Origin: Acidobacteriaceae bacterium
Lineage (GTDB): Bacteria; Acidobacteriota; Terriglobia; Terriglobales; Acidobacteriaceae
Assembly: GCA_003159355.1 (NCBI GenBank)
Contig: PLPA01000091.1
Location: forward strand, 1,118 to 49,094
Direction of reading: 5' to 3'
Length of the DNA: 47,977 nucleotides
The translations under genes were made by a program, and so were the position numbers. Shown one piece after another: positions 1-8,859 of this stretch (its first letter is position 1; every line of letters starts with the position of its first letter). The notes beneath the pieces are model-generated. The model made no database searches. It saw only the letters and a list, made by a program, of their open reading frames with translations, and was not told where the DNA came from.

Positions 1-337
1 CGATCACGGTGAGCGCGACAGAGACGCTGGAGGCCATCGCGGTTAAGACAGCCTACACCAACAGCGCCGTTGCCTCGGCAGCGTACGCCATTGCTCCAGT
101 GCTGCCCGTGCCCACTTTCTCGCTTGCGCCGGGCACTTACACCACATCGCAGACAGTGACTATCGGCGACGCAACCGCAGGCACAACCATCTACTACACC
201 ACCAACGGGACCATGCCGACGACTTCTTCCAGCGTTTACAGCGGTGCGATCACGGTGAGCGCGACGGAGACATTGGAGGCCATCGCGGTTAAGACGGGCT
301 ACACCAACTGCGCGGTTGCCTCGGCTGCCTACGTCAT
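1..337 (+). repeat. Intragenic direct repeat (period 246 nt = 82 aa) encoding tandem Fn3-associated domains
   Basis: 1-91 (CGATCACGGTGAGCGCGACAGAGACGCTGGAGGCCATCGCGGTTAAGAC...) closely matches 247-337. Confidence 0.85.
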
Positions 338-983
338 CGTCCCGGAGACCAGTTACATCAGCTATTCCAGTGACGGATTCACGGCCAATAGCCTGTCGCT
401 GAACAATGGCCCGACTGTTACCGGCGGAATACTGCAACTGACTGACGGTGGGACCGCGGAAATGCGCAGCGCCTGGTCAACAACGAAGGTTCCCGTGAGC
501 GGTTTCACCACCGATTTCACATTCCAGATGCTCAAAGCAGTTGCCGATGGAATGACTTTCACAATCCAGAACGACCCCAAGGGAATGTGGGCTCTCGGGA
601 ATGGCGGAAGCGGGCTTGGCTATCAGGGCATTCAGAACAGCGTGGCCTTGAAGTTCGACATCTACAACGATGCGGGTGAAGGCACGGATTCCATCGGTGT
701 GTACACCGACGGCGCTGCGCCGACCATGCCGGCAACGGATTTGAGTTCCAGCGGAGTTACGTTGTTAAGTGGCGACCTGATGCACGCGCATCTGGTTTAT
801 AGCGGAACAACACTGACCGTGACGCTGACAGACACAAAGACAGGAGCCAGCGTTACAAACCAGTTTACCGTGAACATTCCCAGCATCGTCGGCGGCAACA
901 CCGCTTACGTAGGTTTCACGGGAAGCACGGGAGCTTTCACCGCAGTGCAGCAGATTACAAGCTGGACTTATTTGGTTCCATAA
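3..983 (+). CDS. Partial (5' end outside window) surface/secreted protein with chitobiase/Fn3-associated (CHB_HEX_C-like) repeats and a C-terminal legume (L-type) lectin-like domain
   Basis: The frame is open from base 3. Repeat motif PTFSLAPGTY...IYYTTNGTMPT...SETLEAIA. Lectin motifs LQLTD, FTTDFTFQ, ADGMTF, GGSGLGY, SVALKFD, AYVGFTGSTG, ITSW. Confidence 0.8.
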   Translation: MTVSATETLEAIAVKTAYTNSAVASAAYAIAPVLPVPTFSLAPGTYTTSQTVTIGDATAGTTIYYTTNGTMPTTSSSVYSGAITVSATETLEAIAVKTGYTNCAVASAAYVIVPETSYISYSSDGFTANSLSLNNGPTVTGGILQLTDGGTAEMRSAWSTTKVPVSGFTTDFTFQMLKAVADGMTFTIQNDPKGMWALGNGGSGLGYQGIQNSVALKFDIYNDAGEGTDSIGVYTDGAAPTMPATDLSSSGVTLLSGDLMHAHLVYSGTTLTVTLTDTKTGASVTNQFTVNIPSIVGGNTAYVGFTGSTGAFTAVQQITSWTYLVP

Positions 984-1011
984 CAGGTTTAAAGTTCACA
1001 TCGATTCTGCG

Positions 1012-1044
1012 GGCGGGCGGCCATCCCTTGGATGGGCGCCCGCC
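1012..1044. terminator. GC-rich hairpin between convergent genes, possible terminator
   Basis: GGCGGGCGGCCATCC-CTT-GGATGGGCGCCCGCC, a 15 bp stem with 1 mismatch and no clear U-tract. Confidence 0.5.
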
Positions 1045-1065
1045 ATCGCGATGCGCGGCTGCGAC

Positions 1066-3336
1066 TCATCTGGCCTCGCCGCCCAGCCGCACCTGGAAGC
1101 CTATCCGCGCCACGCGGGGCATGGCGAGCGTGGTCGTGGGAGTCTTGGCAACCTCGATCTGGCGGTCGAGCAGGTTTTCGCCGGCCGCGAAGACCTGGTA
1201 GCGTTTGCCGAAGTCGCGCGAGGCGTAGGCGTCGAGGCGGAAATACCCGTGCAGCAGGGCAGTGTTCGCCGCATCGTCAAACTGCCGGCCGCTCAGGCGG
1301 CTTTGCAGGTTGAGGGTTCCAATGCGCCCCCGGTAGGCGCGCACATTCAGCGTGGCCATATTGCGGGCAACCTCGGGAATCCAGTTGCCCAGGTACTCGT
1401 TGCCTTGGGTAACGGCCGCATTGGCATACTGGTAGCCGCCGTCGAGGGCCAGCCAGCGGCGGGGCGCAAGCGTAAAGTCCACGGAAACGCCGCGGCTCTC
1501 GATCTGGCCAAGATTCTCGCGTTTGAGCAGGACTGGAGAAGACTCCGCGTCGATGGTCACCGCGGTGATGGGGCGATTGACCTGGGTGAGGAAGTAGCTG
1601 GAGCGAACGGTGCCCCAGCGCCACTCGGTGGCCAGGCCGGTCTCCCAGCCGGTGGCGCGCTCGCTGAGCAATGCGCCGTTGGGGCTGGTGAGCTGGTTGC
1701 CAACCTGGGTGGAGCGATAGAGTTCGTTGGGCGTAGGCGCGCGAAAGGCGCGGAAGCCGGAGGCAGAGAGGGCCCAGTGATCTGAGAACTTGCGCGCCAG
1801 ACCCAAGCGGGGATCGAAGACCCGCTGGCCGGTCCGCACGGGCTGGGTTTGCTCTGGCGTCCAACTCGATCCGTTCCAAATCAACTGCTGACCGTCATAG
1901 TTCTGAAACCAATCCATGCGGCCTGAAGCGATCACCGTCCAGGTGCGCCTGACCCACATCAGTTCGGCATAGCCCGCGGAGTCCCTCTGATGGTCGTGCA
2001 GATTGGTCAGAGCGGCAGAACTTCCGAAGGTCATCTCGCGGTCCCAAACGCGAACGTCGCGAGCATCGGCCCCTGCCACTATGAGCAACCCCGCGCCAAG
2101 CGGCTGGTTCCAATGAACCGCTGCGCCCAGTTCGTTGTCCGGTGTGAGCGAGAACCGCGTTGGAATCTCTCCGCAACGATAGGAGCAGTTGGGGTCGCCA
2201 AAGATGCCCAGATTGGAGATACTCGAAAAGGTTTGGCGGTAATGTTCCGACGAGCCGAAGAGCCGCGTGGTCAGGGAACTGCTGTGTGGACCGCGCCAGT
2301 CGCCGCCGGTTGCGTAGCGCCAAAGGCGGGTTCCGTTGGTTTGGTAGGGAGTTCCATTGGCGCGCACCTCGTTGAAACCGCTGCCGCGCACGAAGATGCG
2401 CAGCGAGCCGCCGTCATGCTCGGCCAGAAACAGGCCATTCTGGCTATGTATGCTGGAGGCGATGTCTACCGGGCCGCGCTGCCACGGAGCCTCCTGGATA
2501 TAGCCGTCGGTGCCGAGGACGCCGCCGCTCACCAACAAACCCCAGGGGCCGTGCTTGGTCTGGAGAAGCATACTGTCATCGAATGTGCCCTCCGCGCCGT
2601 AGCTGCTCCTCAGTTCGGCTAGATCAGATGCAGGCCGCTCAGCCGCCAGAGCAATTACGCCGCCCATAGCGCTCGATCCATAGAGGTCGCTGGCACCGCC
2701 GCGCACCAGCTCAATGCTCTCAACCGATAGCTCCGGCTGCTCCTCCCAGTGGATCCATCCGCCGAAGGCGTCGTTGAGGGGAACATCGTCCTCGGTAACC
2801 AGCGTGCGGCTGGCTGAAGTGGAACCCAGGCCGCGCAGGCTGACTCCCTGGGAGGAGGGATTCGCCACCAGCGAACTGGAGCGGCGGAACAGTTCAACGC
2901 CAGGCAGTTGGCGTATTCGGCCATCGAGGGTCACCGCCGGTGTGCTATCGAGGGCCGTCCGCGAAAGCAGCCGTGAATCCGTTGGGCTCTCCAGCGCGCC
3001 CAGCGGAGCGCGATAGGCTGTAACCGTAACCTGCTCGGTGGTCGAAGCGGGTTCCAGGCGAACGGTTGCATCGGCGCTGAGCTGCAAGTGCGACTCGCGA
3101 AACCCGGGGGCGACTACGCGCAAGCTGCAGGGAGCGAAACATGGGACGGTCAAATGGCCCGTCTCGCCGGTACGCCCCAGTTGGCGGCCGGCATCATCCT
3201 TGACCGTCGCGCCGGCCATGGCTGCGCCTCGGCTATCTTCTACGGTCAGGGTGAGAGCCGACTGGGCGCCAAGGTGCAATGCCGGCGCAGCCAGCGCCAG
3301 CGCGCCACCCAACAGTTTTTGTAGATGCCACCGCAT
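1066..3336 (-). CDS. TonB-dependent outer-membrane receptor with N-terminal carboxypeptidase-regulatory-like domain
   Basis: Signal peptide, TonB-box-like EQVTVTA, plug motifs SLRGLG and IELVRGGASDLYGSSAMGGVI, barrel motifs FRAPTPNELY and GENLLD. Confidence 0.92.
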   Translation of the reverse strand: MRWHLQKLLGGALALAAPALHLGAQSALTLTVEDSRGAAMAGATVKDDAGRQLGRTGETGHLTVPCFAPCSLRVVAPGFRESHLQLSADATVRLEPASTTEQVTVTAYRAPLGALESPTDSRLLSRTALDSTPAVTLDGRIRQLPGVELFRRSSSLVANPSSQGVSLRGLGSTSASRTLVTEDDVPLNDAFGGWIHWEEQPELSVESIELVRGGASDLYGSSAMGGVIALAAERPASDLAELRSSYGAEGTFDDSMLLQTKHGPWGLLVSGGVLGTDGYIQEAPWQRGPVDIASSIHSQNGLFLAEHDGGSLRIFVRGSGFNEVRANGTPYQTNGTRLWRYATGGDWRGPHSSSLTTRLFGSSEHYRQTFSSISNLGIFGDPNCSYRCGEIPTRFSLTPDNELGAAVHWNQPLGAGLLIVAGADARDVRVWDREMTFGSSAALTNLHDHQRDSAGYAELMWVRRTWTVIASGRMDWFQNYDGQQLIWNGSSWTPEQTQPVRTGQRVFDPRLGLARKFSDHWALSASGFRAFRAPTPNELYRSTQVGNQLTSPNGALLSERATGWETGLATEWRWGTVRSSYFLTQVNRPITAVTIDAESSPVLLKRENLGQIESRGVSVDFTLAPRRWLALDGGYQYANAAVTQGNEYLGNWIPEVARNMATLNVRAYRGRIGTLNLQSRLSGRQFDDAANTALLHGYFRLDAYASRDFGKRYQVFAAGENLLDRQIEVAKTPTTTLAMPRVARIGFQVRLGGEAR

Positions 3337-3463
3337 GGCCGCCGCTTTCAGGAGGTGCAGGTCTTCCGCCGCCTTGTATCCGACGACTCAATCAAAGGAA
3401 CCCTGGCCAAGCTGCCAGTCTGAAGGTTGAGCAGGCATCCAACGCCACGCCTCTGGGCCTGCT

Positions 3464-4516
3464 TCAGCCGGCGCGATCTTCCTTGTATTCGATCAGCTTT
3501 TGCGCTCGCTTCCGCCTCTTGCTCAGCTCGTATTGCAGTTGTCCCACGAAGATTGGGACTTGCTGAAGATGAGAGTGAAGCCCATAAAGCAGCAGGACAC
3601 CGGGAACGGCCCGCTTCCACCGAGCCTTCCACGCCGAACGCACCGACAACACCAACAGCATGCCAAACCAGAGCACGATGGGAAGTACTCCGAAGAACAC
3701 GCTGGCGGCGATGGCAGCGACCAGCGAGACGATCCAGCAGCTTCCGCGCATCAGATTTCGCCTGCGGTCGGAGGTCCAGAAGGGATCGTCGCTGTTGCGG
3801 AAGCGCTCGGATACTTCGGCATAGGCATGGCCGGCGCGCGTGGCCCGCTTCCAGTACTGGCCCGGGCGCATGATCTGCAGATCGTGTCCCGTCATTGGGC
3901 AGTCGATGTGGAGTATCCCGTATCCTCGCGCCCTGATTCTCCGGCAAAGTTCGGGCTCTTCTCCCGCGATCAACCTCTCATCGAAGCCTCCCGTCTCAAC
4001 GAGAACCTTGCGGCGCATCAGCACATCGCCGCCGCAGAATTCCGTAAGCCCTGGGGGATAGACCCAGTCGAGGTCGAGGATTCGGTTATATACCGATGCT
4101 TCTGGATGTATCTCGCGGCGGTGCCCCCATGCGGCCGCGCGCGAAGCATCTCGCGCCAATGCCTCGCACCCCGCGCGGGCAAAGTCCGGATGCAGGACAG
4201 TATCTCCGTCGAGAAAGAGGATCAGATCGGAGGCCGCGCGCCGCCAGCCGGCGTTGCGCCCGATCGCCGCGGTTGGCCGCTCGGGGCGAACCACGATTAC
4301 GATTGCACCATGACGGGCCGCCAGTTCCGGACTACCGTCGGTGGAGTCGGAATCAACATAGATCACCTCATCCACGGCAACGCCTCGCACCTGCTGGATC
4401 GATTGCAGGCACAAGGCCAGCCGCTGCCCCTCATTTCGTCCGATCACAACAATCGAAAGCGCGGGCAGGGGAGCATCCGCGCGAGAGTCCGAGATGCTTT
4501 CAGATCCGTCCATCAT
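3464..4516 (-). CDS. Glycosyltransferase family 2
   Basis: IVVIGRNEG, VDSDSTDGS, RNAG, FLDGD, GGFDE and GEEPELC motifs plus C-terminal TM helices. Start moved from 4546 to 4516 (GAGG RBS before ATGATG). Confidence 0.9.
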   Translation of the reverse strand: MMDGSESISDSRADAPLPALSIVVIGRNEGQRLALCLQSIQQVRGVAVDEVIYVDSDSTDGSPELAARHGAIVIVVRPERPTAAIGRNAGWRRAASDLILFLDGDTVLHPDFARAGCEALARDASRAAAWGHRREIHPEASVYNRILDLDWVYPPGLTEFCGGDVLMRRKVLVETGGFDERLIAGEEPELCRRIRARGYGILHIDCPMTGHDLQIMRPGQYWKRATRAGHAYAEVSERFRNSDDPFWTSDRRRNLMRGSCWIVSLVAAIAASVFFGVLPIVLWFGMLLVLSVRSAWKARWKRAVPGVLLLYGLHSHLQQVPIFVGQLQYELSKRRKRAQKLIEYKEDRAG

Positions 4517-4523
4517 ACGCACC

Positions 4524-5078
4524 TCACTCTGGCGCCGCTCCGGCATACACTAATTCCTCAATCGTCGCTGGCGCAGCGGTTTTTCGCGGAAGCACCCGCG
4601 CTGGAACTCCAACCGCAATGCAGTTGGACGGAACATCGGTGAGCACCACGGCGTTGGCTCCGATCAGCACATCGTCCCCTATTTGAATCGCACCCAAAAT
4701 CTTCGCGCCTGCGCCTACATCCACGCGGTCGCCCAGGACCGGCGCTCCGCGCTGACCGGTATGCTTCAGTCCAACGGTGACTCCGTTGCGAATTACGCAG
4801 TCATCCCCAAAGACCGCGTCGCCGCTGATGACAATTCCCCCGAAATGATCGATCCGAAATCGCCGCCCCAGCGTTGCCTCGCAGGGAAGCTCGATGCCAG
4901 TCAGCACCTCGGAAACAGGTTTCAGCACCTTATAGACAAAGGAGAAAGGCATGCGCAGCCAGCTCCAGCGAATGGTATAGCGCCAGCGTCCATAGCGGTA
5001 CACAGCCATCGCCCACAAACCCTGACGGGAGAGTTGACGGCCATGCGTCTGCCAGTCCTCGCGAATATTCTCGAACAA
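4524..5078 (-). CDS. Serine O-acetyltransferase-like (CysE/WcaB-type) hexapeptide-repeat acetyltransferase
   Basis: IDHFGGIVI, GVTVG, PVLGDRVDVGAGAKILG, IGANAVV, VGVPAR. Likely TTG start at 5078 after AAGAGG; the ORF track start at 5246 overlaps the upstream gene. Confidence 0.88.
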   Translation of the reverse strand: MFENIREDWQTHGRQLSRQGLWAMAVYRYGRWRYTIRWSWLRMPFSFVYKVLKPVSEVLTGIELPCEATLGRRFRIDHFGGIVISGDAVFGDDCVIRNGVTVGLKHTGQRGAPVLGDRVDVGAGAKILGAIQIGDDVLIGANAVVLTDVPSNCIAVGVPARVLPRKTAAPATIEELVYAGAAPE

Positions 5079-5221
5079 ATCAAGCCTCTTCCGATAGAAC
5101 GATGGGATTCTTCGCGATGTTACCTCAGTTGCGCAAGACCGGCGTGCTGATCGCGTGGAATTGATGCTACCATTTCTCGGTGATTCACTGATTCCGATTT
5201 GCACCCGCGCAGCCGTGGTTG

Positions 5222-6811
5222 TCATTTCCGCGGATTCGCAATGCACGGCAGGTTTTCAGAGTCCGCTGAACGCCTCTGCCAAACCTGAAAATAAGTCGTG
5301 GACTCAGTCAGGCAGAGCGACTGCAGGCGCCGCTGGAAGTCCGCATCCGTATCTACAAGGCTCGTCGGACTGGTCAGGTCAAGCACCACTACATCTACAT
5401 TGTCGAGCTGTTCCATCACGCGCGCCTTGTCCGCGGGAAGAAGCTGCCCCAGTTGGAGCGTCCAAACCTCCGGCGAATGGACAGTTGGAAAATAATGATG
5501 GGCGCCGGTGCTATAAGAGAAAAGCATCAGGTTCCGATGGGTCGATAGATCCAGTAACTTACTCCATTCGGAGACCCAACCCGCATCGGCATACAGATTC
5601 GCGGTCACGGTGGGAGACTTGATTTGCTTCCAGCCGTGTAAGACGGCGTGCGCCAGGGTCGTCTGGCCCGCGATTCCAAGCACGAGAAACAGCGTCAGGA
5701 GCAGATTGCGTGCAATTCCATTCCCCAGTGCCGACAACCCCAGCAGCATTCCCACCACCAGGATTGGATCGAAGATGTAGTGCTGGTGCGGCGATCCGTA
5801 GGCGACGCAGACGAAGACCGCCTGGATCAGCGCACAGAGAACGATTGCGGTGTCTCTGCCGTCCAGCGCTCGCCGGATCAGCATTCTTCGCGCCGCCAGT
5901 AGGCCGAAGACGGTGAGGCTAAGCGTACTCATTACCCACCAGCACACGGGGGTGAGCAACGAGTAAGTTAGATAGTACCCCAGGTTATATCCCGAGGGGT
6001 GGAGAAACTGCATCAGCGCCTGTCCGGACCCAAAGCCGATCTGCCTGTAGAAGCCCATCCCCGCCAGCGGCGTGGCCGTTGCGAAGACAGAACTCCACCC
6101 GAATTCGCAGGCCAGCAGGATGGCGAGCGCTATATACGTCAAGACTCCCGGCGCAAGCGAGCGAAGCAGGCTGAAAACGGAGCGGGGAGGCTTGGTGAGC
6201 CAATCGAGGAAGATAAATGCCGCCAGCAACGCCGCCATCACCAGCGGCAGCGACGGCACGCTCCAGCAACCGATTGCGGAAATGGCCAGGCTGAGGTCCA
6301 GCCGTCCCATGAGCACAAGAAGCAGCGCAAACAGCAGAGATATCTGGACGAGAGAATAGGGGAGATTGGGATTGACCGGGTTAAGTATTCGGCTCATGGC
6401 AAGCATCGCCGCAAGCCACACCCATTCCCTGGGCAAATAGCGCAGAAAGTGAGCGCAGAACAGGGCCATCGTGACCATGGTAGCCGCTGCGCATCCGATC
6501 AAAGGCCAATAGCCCCTGCCGAAAAGGACAAAGAGCCAGTGCTGGATGGAAACCGGAAGCAAGCCGTAAGAGTAGTAAGTGTCGACTCCCAGCCGGAGAT
6601 GCCGATCCAAAAGGTAATCCAGATTCAGAAAGCTGCCGCGATCCTTTAGTATCCATAGGTCCAGCGAGAATACAATCGGCCAGGAAAGGAGATAGATTGC
6701 CGCGAACGCTCCAAGAAAGATGACAAAGCGCGCAGCCGTGCGGTGATCCGCCAACTGCGGGCCATTCATCGGGTTAGCCGGGATTCCAATTCTGTCCTCA
6801 CAGTCGAGCAT
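5222..6811 (-). CDS. Polytopic membrane protein, putative GT-C-fold glycosyltransferase
   Basis: Many TM segments. First loop D-R-G...LGVDTYYSYGLL resembles the acidic first loop of GT-C (ArnT/PMT-like) proteins. Start set at ATG 6811; the longer ORF-track start overlaps the + strand GT4. Confidence 0.55.
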   Translation of the reverse strand: MLDCEDRIGIPANPMNGPQLADHRTAARFVIFLGAFAAIYLLSWPIVFSLDLWILKDRGSFLNLDYLLDRHLRLGVDTYYSYGLLPVSIQHWLFVLFGRGYWPLIGCAAATMVTMALFCAHFLRYLPREWVWLAAMLAMSRILNPVNPNLPYSLVQISLLFALLLVLMGRLDLSLAISAIGCWSVPSLPLVMAALLAAFIFLDWLTKPPRSVFSLLRSLAPGVLTYIALAILLACEFGWSSVFATATPLAGMGFYRQIGFGSGQALMQFLHPSGYNLGYYLTYSLLTPVCWWVMSTLSLTVFGLLAARRMLIRRALDGRDTAIVLCALIQAVFVCVAYGSPHQHYIFDPILVVGMLLGLSALGNGIARNLLLTLFLVLGIAGQTTLAHAVLHGWKQIKSPTVTANLYADAGWVSEWSKLLDLSTHRNLMLFSYSTGAHHYFPTVHSPEVWTLQLGQLLPADKARVMEQLDNVDVVVLDLTSPTSLVDTDADFQRRLQSLCLTESTTYFQVWQRRSADSENLPCIANPRK

Positions 6812-6889
6812 GATACTTTCCCTTGCCGCAGTTGCGGTCAATTCGTTTTGCCGGCAGCGCCGCGCGGCTATCTGCAATAATATGAAGCT

Positions 6890-8089
6890 ATGCGAGTTAC
6901 GATTGTGCAATACGCGGGCGACTATCGGGAGGCGGCACGCCGCATAGCCGCTACAGGACAGGAAACCTACTATGCGCAGAGGTATTCCGTCGATGCCGTT
7001 GCTCAGCTTGCGCATGGCTGCGAAGTGACTGTAATCTGCTGCCTGACGGAAACCGCATATGATGAAGTGCTCGATAACAGCGTTCACGCGATTGGCGCCG
7101 GTTTTTCCGCTCCATTCGACGAGCGCGCGCTAATCGACATGGTGGCTCGAGAAAAACCGGACCGGCTGATTGTCCGCATGCCTGCGATGCATTTGCTGAA
7201 GTGGGCGATTTCGCAACCATTTCGGACGATTGCTGTACTCGCAGACTCGTTCTCGTCTAAAGGGATTCGCGGCTACATTCACAGCCGACGGTGGGCAAAG
7301 CTGCTGAACGACAAGCGAATCGAATGGATATTCAATCACGGCCTCAATTCCTGCATTTCGTTGAGAAAGATCGGCGTGAGCGCCGACAAAACAATTCCAT
7401 GGGACTGGCCCGCGCTAGTCACTCCGGCCGCTAAAGTCAAGAGTCTGCGTAGCGATGCTTCGCACGGGTTGCTTTATGCCGGCCTGGTTACCGAAGCCAA
7501 AGGTATAGGCGACGTGCTGCGCGCGGTCGCCCGGTTGAAGGTCTCACAAACGCCTGTAACACTCAAGGTTGTGGGAAGCGGTGAAATCCAAGCCTTCACG
7601 GCACTGGCTAGAAAGCTGCAGATCGAGGATAGCGTCAGTTTCGAGGGCCTCCTGGCGCACGAAAGAGTGCTTGAGGAGATGCGCCAGGCCGACATTGTGG
7701 TTGTGCCCAGCAGGCACGATTACTCTGAGGGCTTCCCCATGACCATCTATGAGACTCTTTGCTCACGCACGCCTCTGGTGGCATCGGACCACCCGATGTT
7801 CAGGGCCAATTTGACTCACGACGCGGACGCGCTGATCTTTCCAGCCGGCAATGCAACTGCCCTTGGCGCAGCGATCGGGAAACTGCTGTCGGACTCCGCT
7901 CTGTATCGAAGGCTGTCGGAGGCTTCAGCGCAAACCTGGACCCGGCTACAGCTTCCCGTGAAGTGGGCCGACGGGCTGGAGCGATGGATAGCCGACTCGC
8001 CAGAGGACCGCGAATGGCTTTTCGACCACAGACTCTCATCGGGCATCTATCCATTGCAGCGCTATGAGCAGTCAGCCAAAGTGCGCTAG
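6890..8089 (+). CDS. Glycosyltransferase family 4 (opposite strand to the cluster)
   Basis: YAGLVTEAKGI, VVGSG, ADIVVVPS and the EGFPMTIYE (EX7E) motif. Confidence 0.9.
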   Translation: MRVTIVQYAGDYREAARRIAATGQETYYAQRYSVDAVAQLAHGCEVTVICCLTETAYDEVLDNSVHAIGAGFSAPFDERALIDMVAREKPDRLIVRMPAMHLLKWAISQPFRTIAVLADSFSSKGIRGYIHSRRWAKLLNDKRIEWIFNHGLNSCISLRKIGVSADKTIPWDWPALVTPAAKVKSLRSDASHGLLYAGLVTEAKGIGDVLRAVARLKVSQTPVTLKVVGSGEIQAFTALARKLQIEDSVSFEGLLAHERVLEEMRQADIVVVPSRHDYSEGFPMTIYETLCSRTPLVASDHPMFRANLTHDADALIFPAGNATALGAAIGKLLSDSALYRRLSEASAQTWTRLQLPVKWADGLERWIADSPEDREWLFDHRLSSGIYPLQRYEQSAKVR

Positions 8090-8203
8090 AGCGGTTCTCC
8101 AATACATAAGTCCTTACTGATTCTATCGAAGGTGGCTTTTTCTTGAGGAAAAAGCCACTCAGCGGCGTGGTTTCGGTGAACAGCAATTGGAGAACCGCTA
8201 TTA
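8086..8203. mobile_element. MITE-like/palindromic intergenic element (~118 bp) with terminal inverted repeats and an internal hairpin
   Basis: Perfect 14 bp IR AGCGGTTCTCCAAT (8090-8103) / ATTGGAGAACCGCT (8186-8199), preceded by CTAG holding the GT4 stop. Internal 11 bp stem GTGGCTTTTTC/GAAAAAGCCAC (8132-8158). Confidence 0.55.
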
Positions 8204-8208
8204 TTCGG

Positions 8209-8814
8209 TCAAGATCGGCCGCGCGCCCCGGCAACCTCACCGACTGCCCGCGCGGGCACACCGACCACCGTCACTCCCGGAGGCACATCGCGGGTGACTA
8301 CGGCATTGGCTCCCACAGTGGCGCCGTCCCCGATGGTCACGCCGCCCAGCACGGTCACCCCGCGGCCGATCCACACCTCGTTGCCGATGGCGATGGGTTG
8401 CGCAATGTGGTCTGAATCCCGGATCGTCAAACCCGGCACGCGGGCGTGATTTGCGTCGCGTATGCTTGAGTACTCGCCAATCATCGTGCCATTGCCGATC
8501 CTGATCCCGTCCCGCGAGACAATATGAACCCCGCGCGAAATCACCACTCCGTCGCCGATCTCGATCGAACCGCTCTCCTCAGTTTCCAGATACAGCCCTG
8601 GGTACAAAAGCACGTCCCGTCCAAAGCGGATCATGCCCGTGCCATGCACCTCGGATGGTCCCAGCACCACAACCGACGCATCGAGCGGCGCCGCCAGGGC
8701 GGACGAAAGCAACGCGTGGCTGCGGATGCGCCCCAGTTCCCGGCGTAGACCGGACGTTGTCCGGTAAAACGACGATAGGAGCGAGGCAAGCGACGACTTG
8801 ACCATGCGGCGCAT
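8209..8814 (-). CDS. Hexapeptide-repeat (LbH) O-acetyltransferase, maltose/galactoside acetyltransferase-like
   Basis: IRDANH, PIAIGNEVWIGRGVTVLGGVTIGDGATVGANAVVTRDVP, VGVPAR. Confidence 0.9.
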   Translation of the reverse strand: MRRMVKSSLASLLSSFYRTTSGLRRELGRIRSHALLSSALAAPLDASVVVLGPSEVHGTGMIRFGRDVLLYPGLYLETEESGSIEIGDGVVISRGVHIVSRDGIRIGNGTMIGEYSSIRDANHARVPGLTIRDSDHIAQPIAIGNEVWIGRGVTVLGGVTIGDGATVGANAVVTRDVPPGVTVVGVPARAVGEVAGARGRS

Positions 8815-8859
8815 CCTGTTAGCTGAATGATCGATGTTCGTCCTCCCGGAGTAAACGGT

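Noticed and set aside
6890-7087. Apparent 198 nt overlap between the membrane-protein ORF and the + strand GT4
   Set aside because: An artefact of longest-ORF start choice; ATG 6811 removes the overlap.
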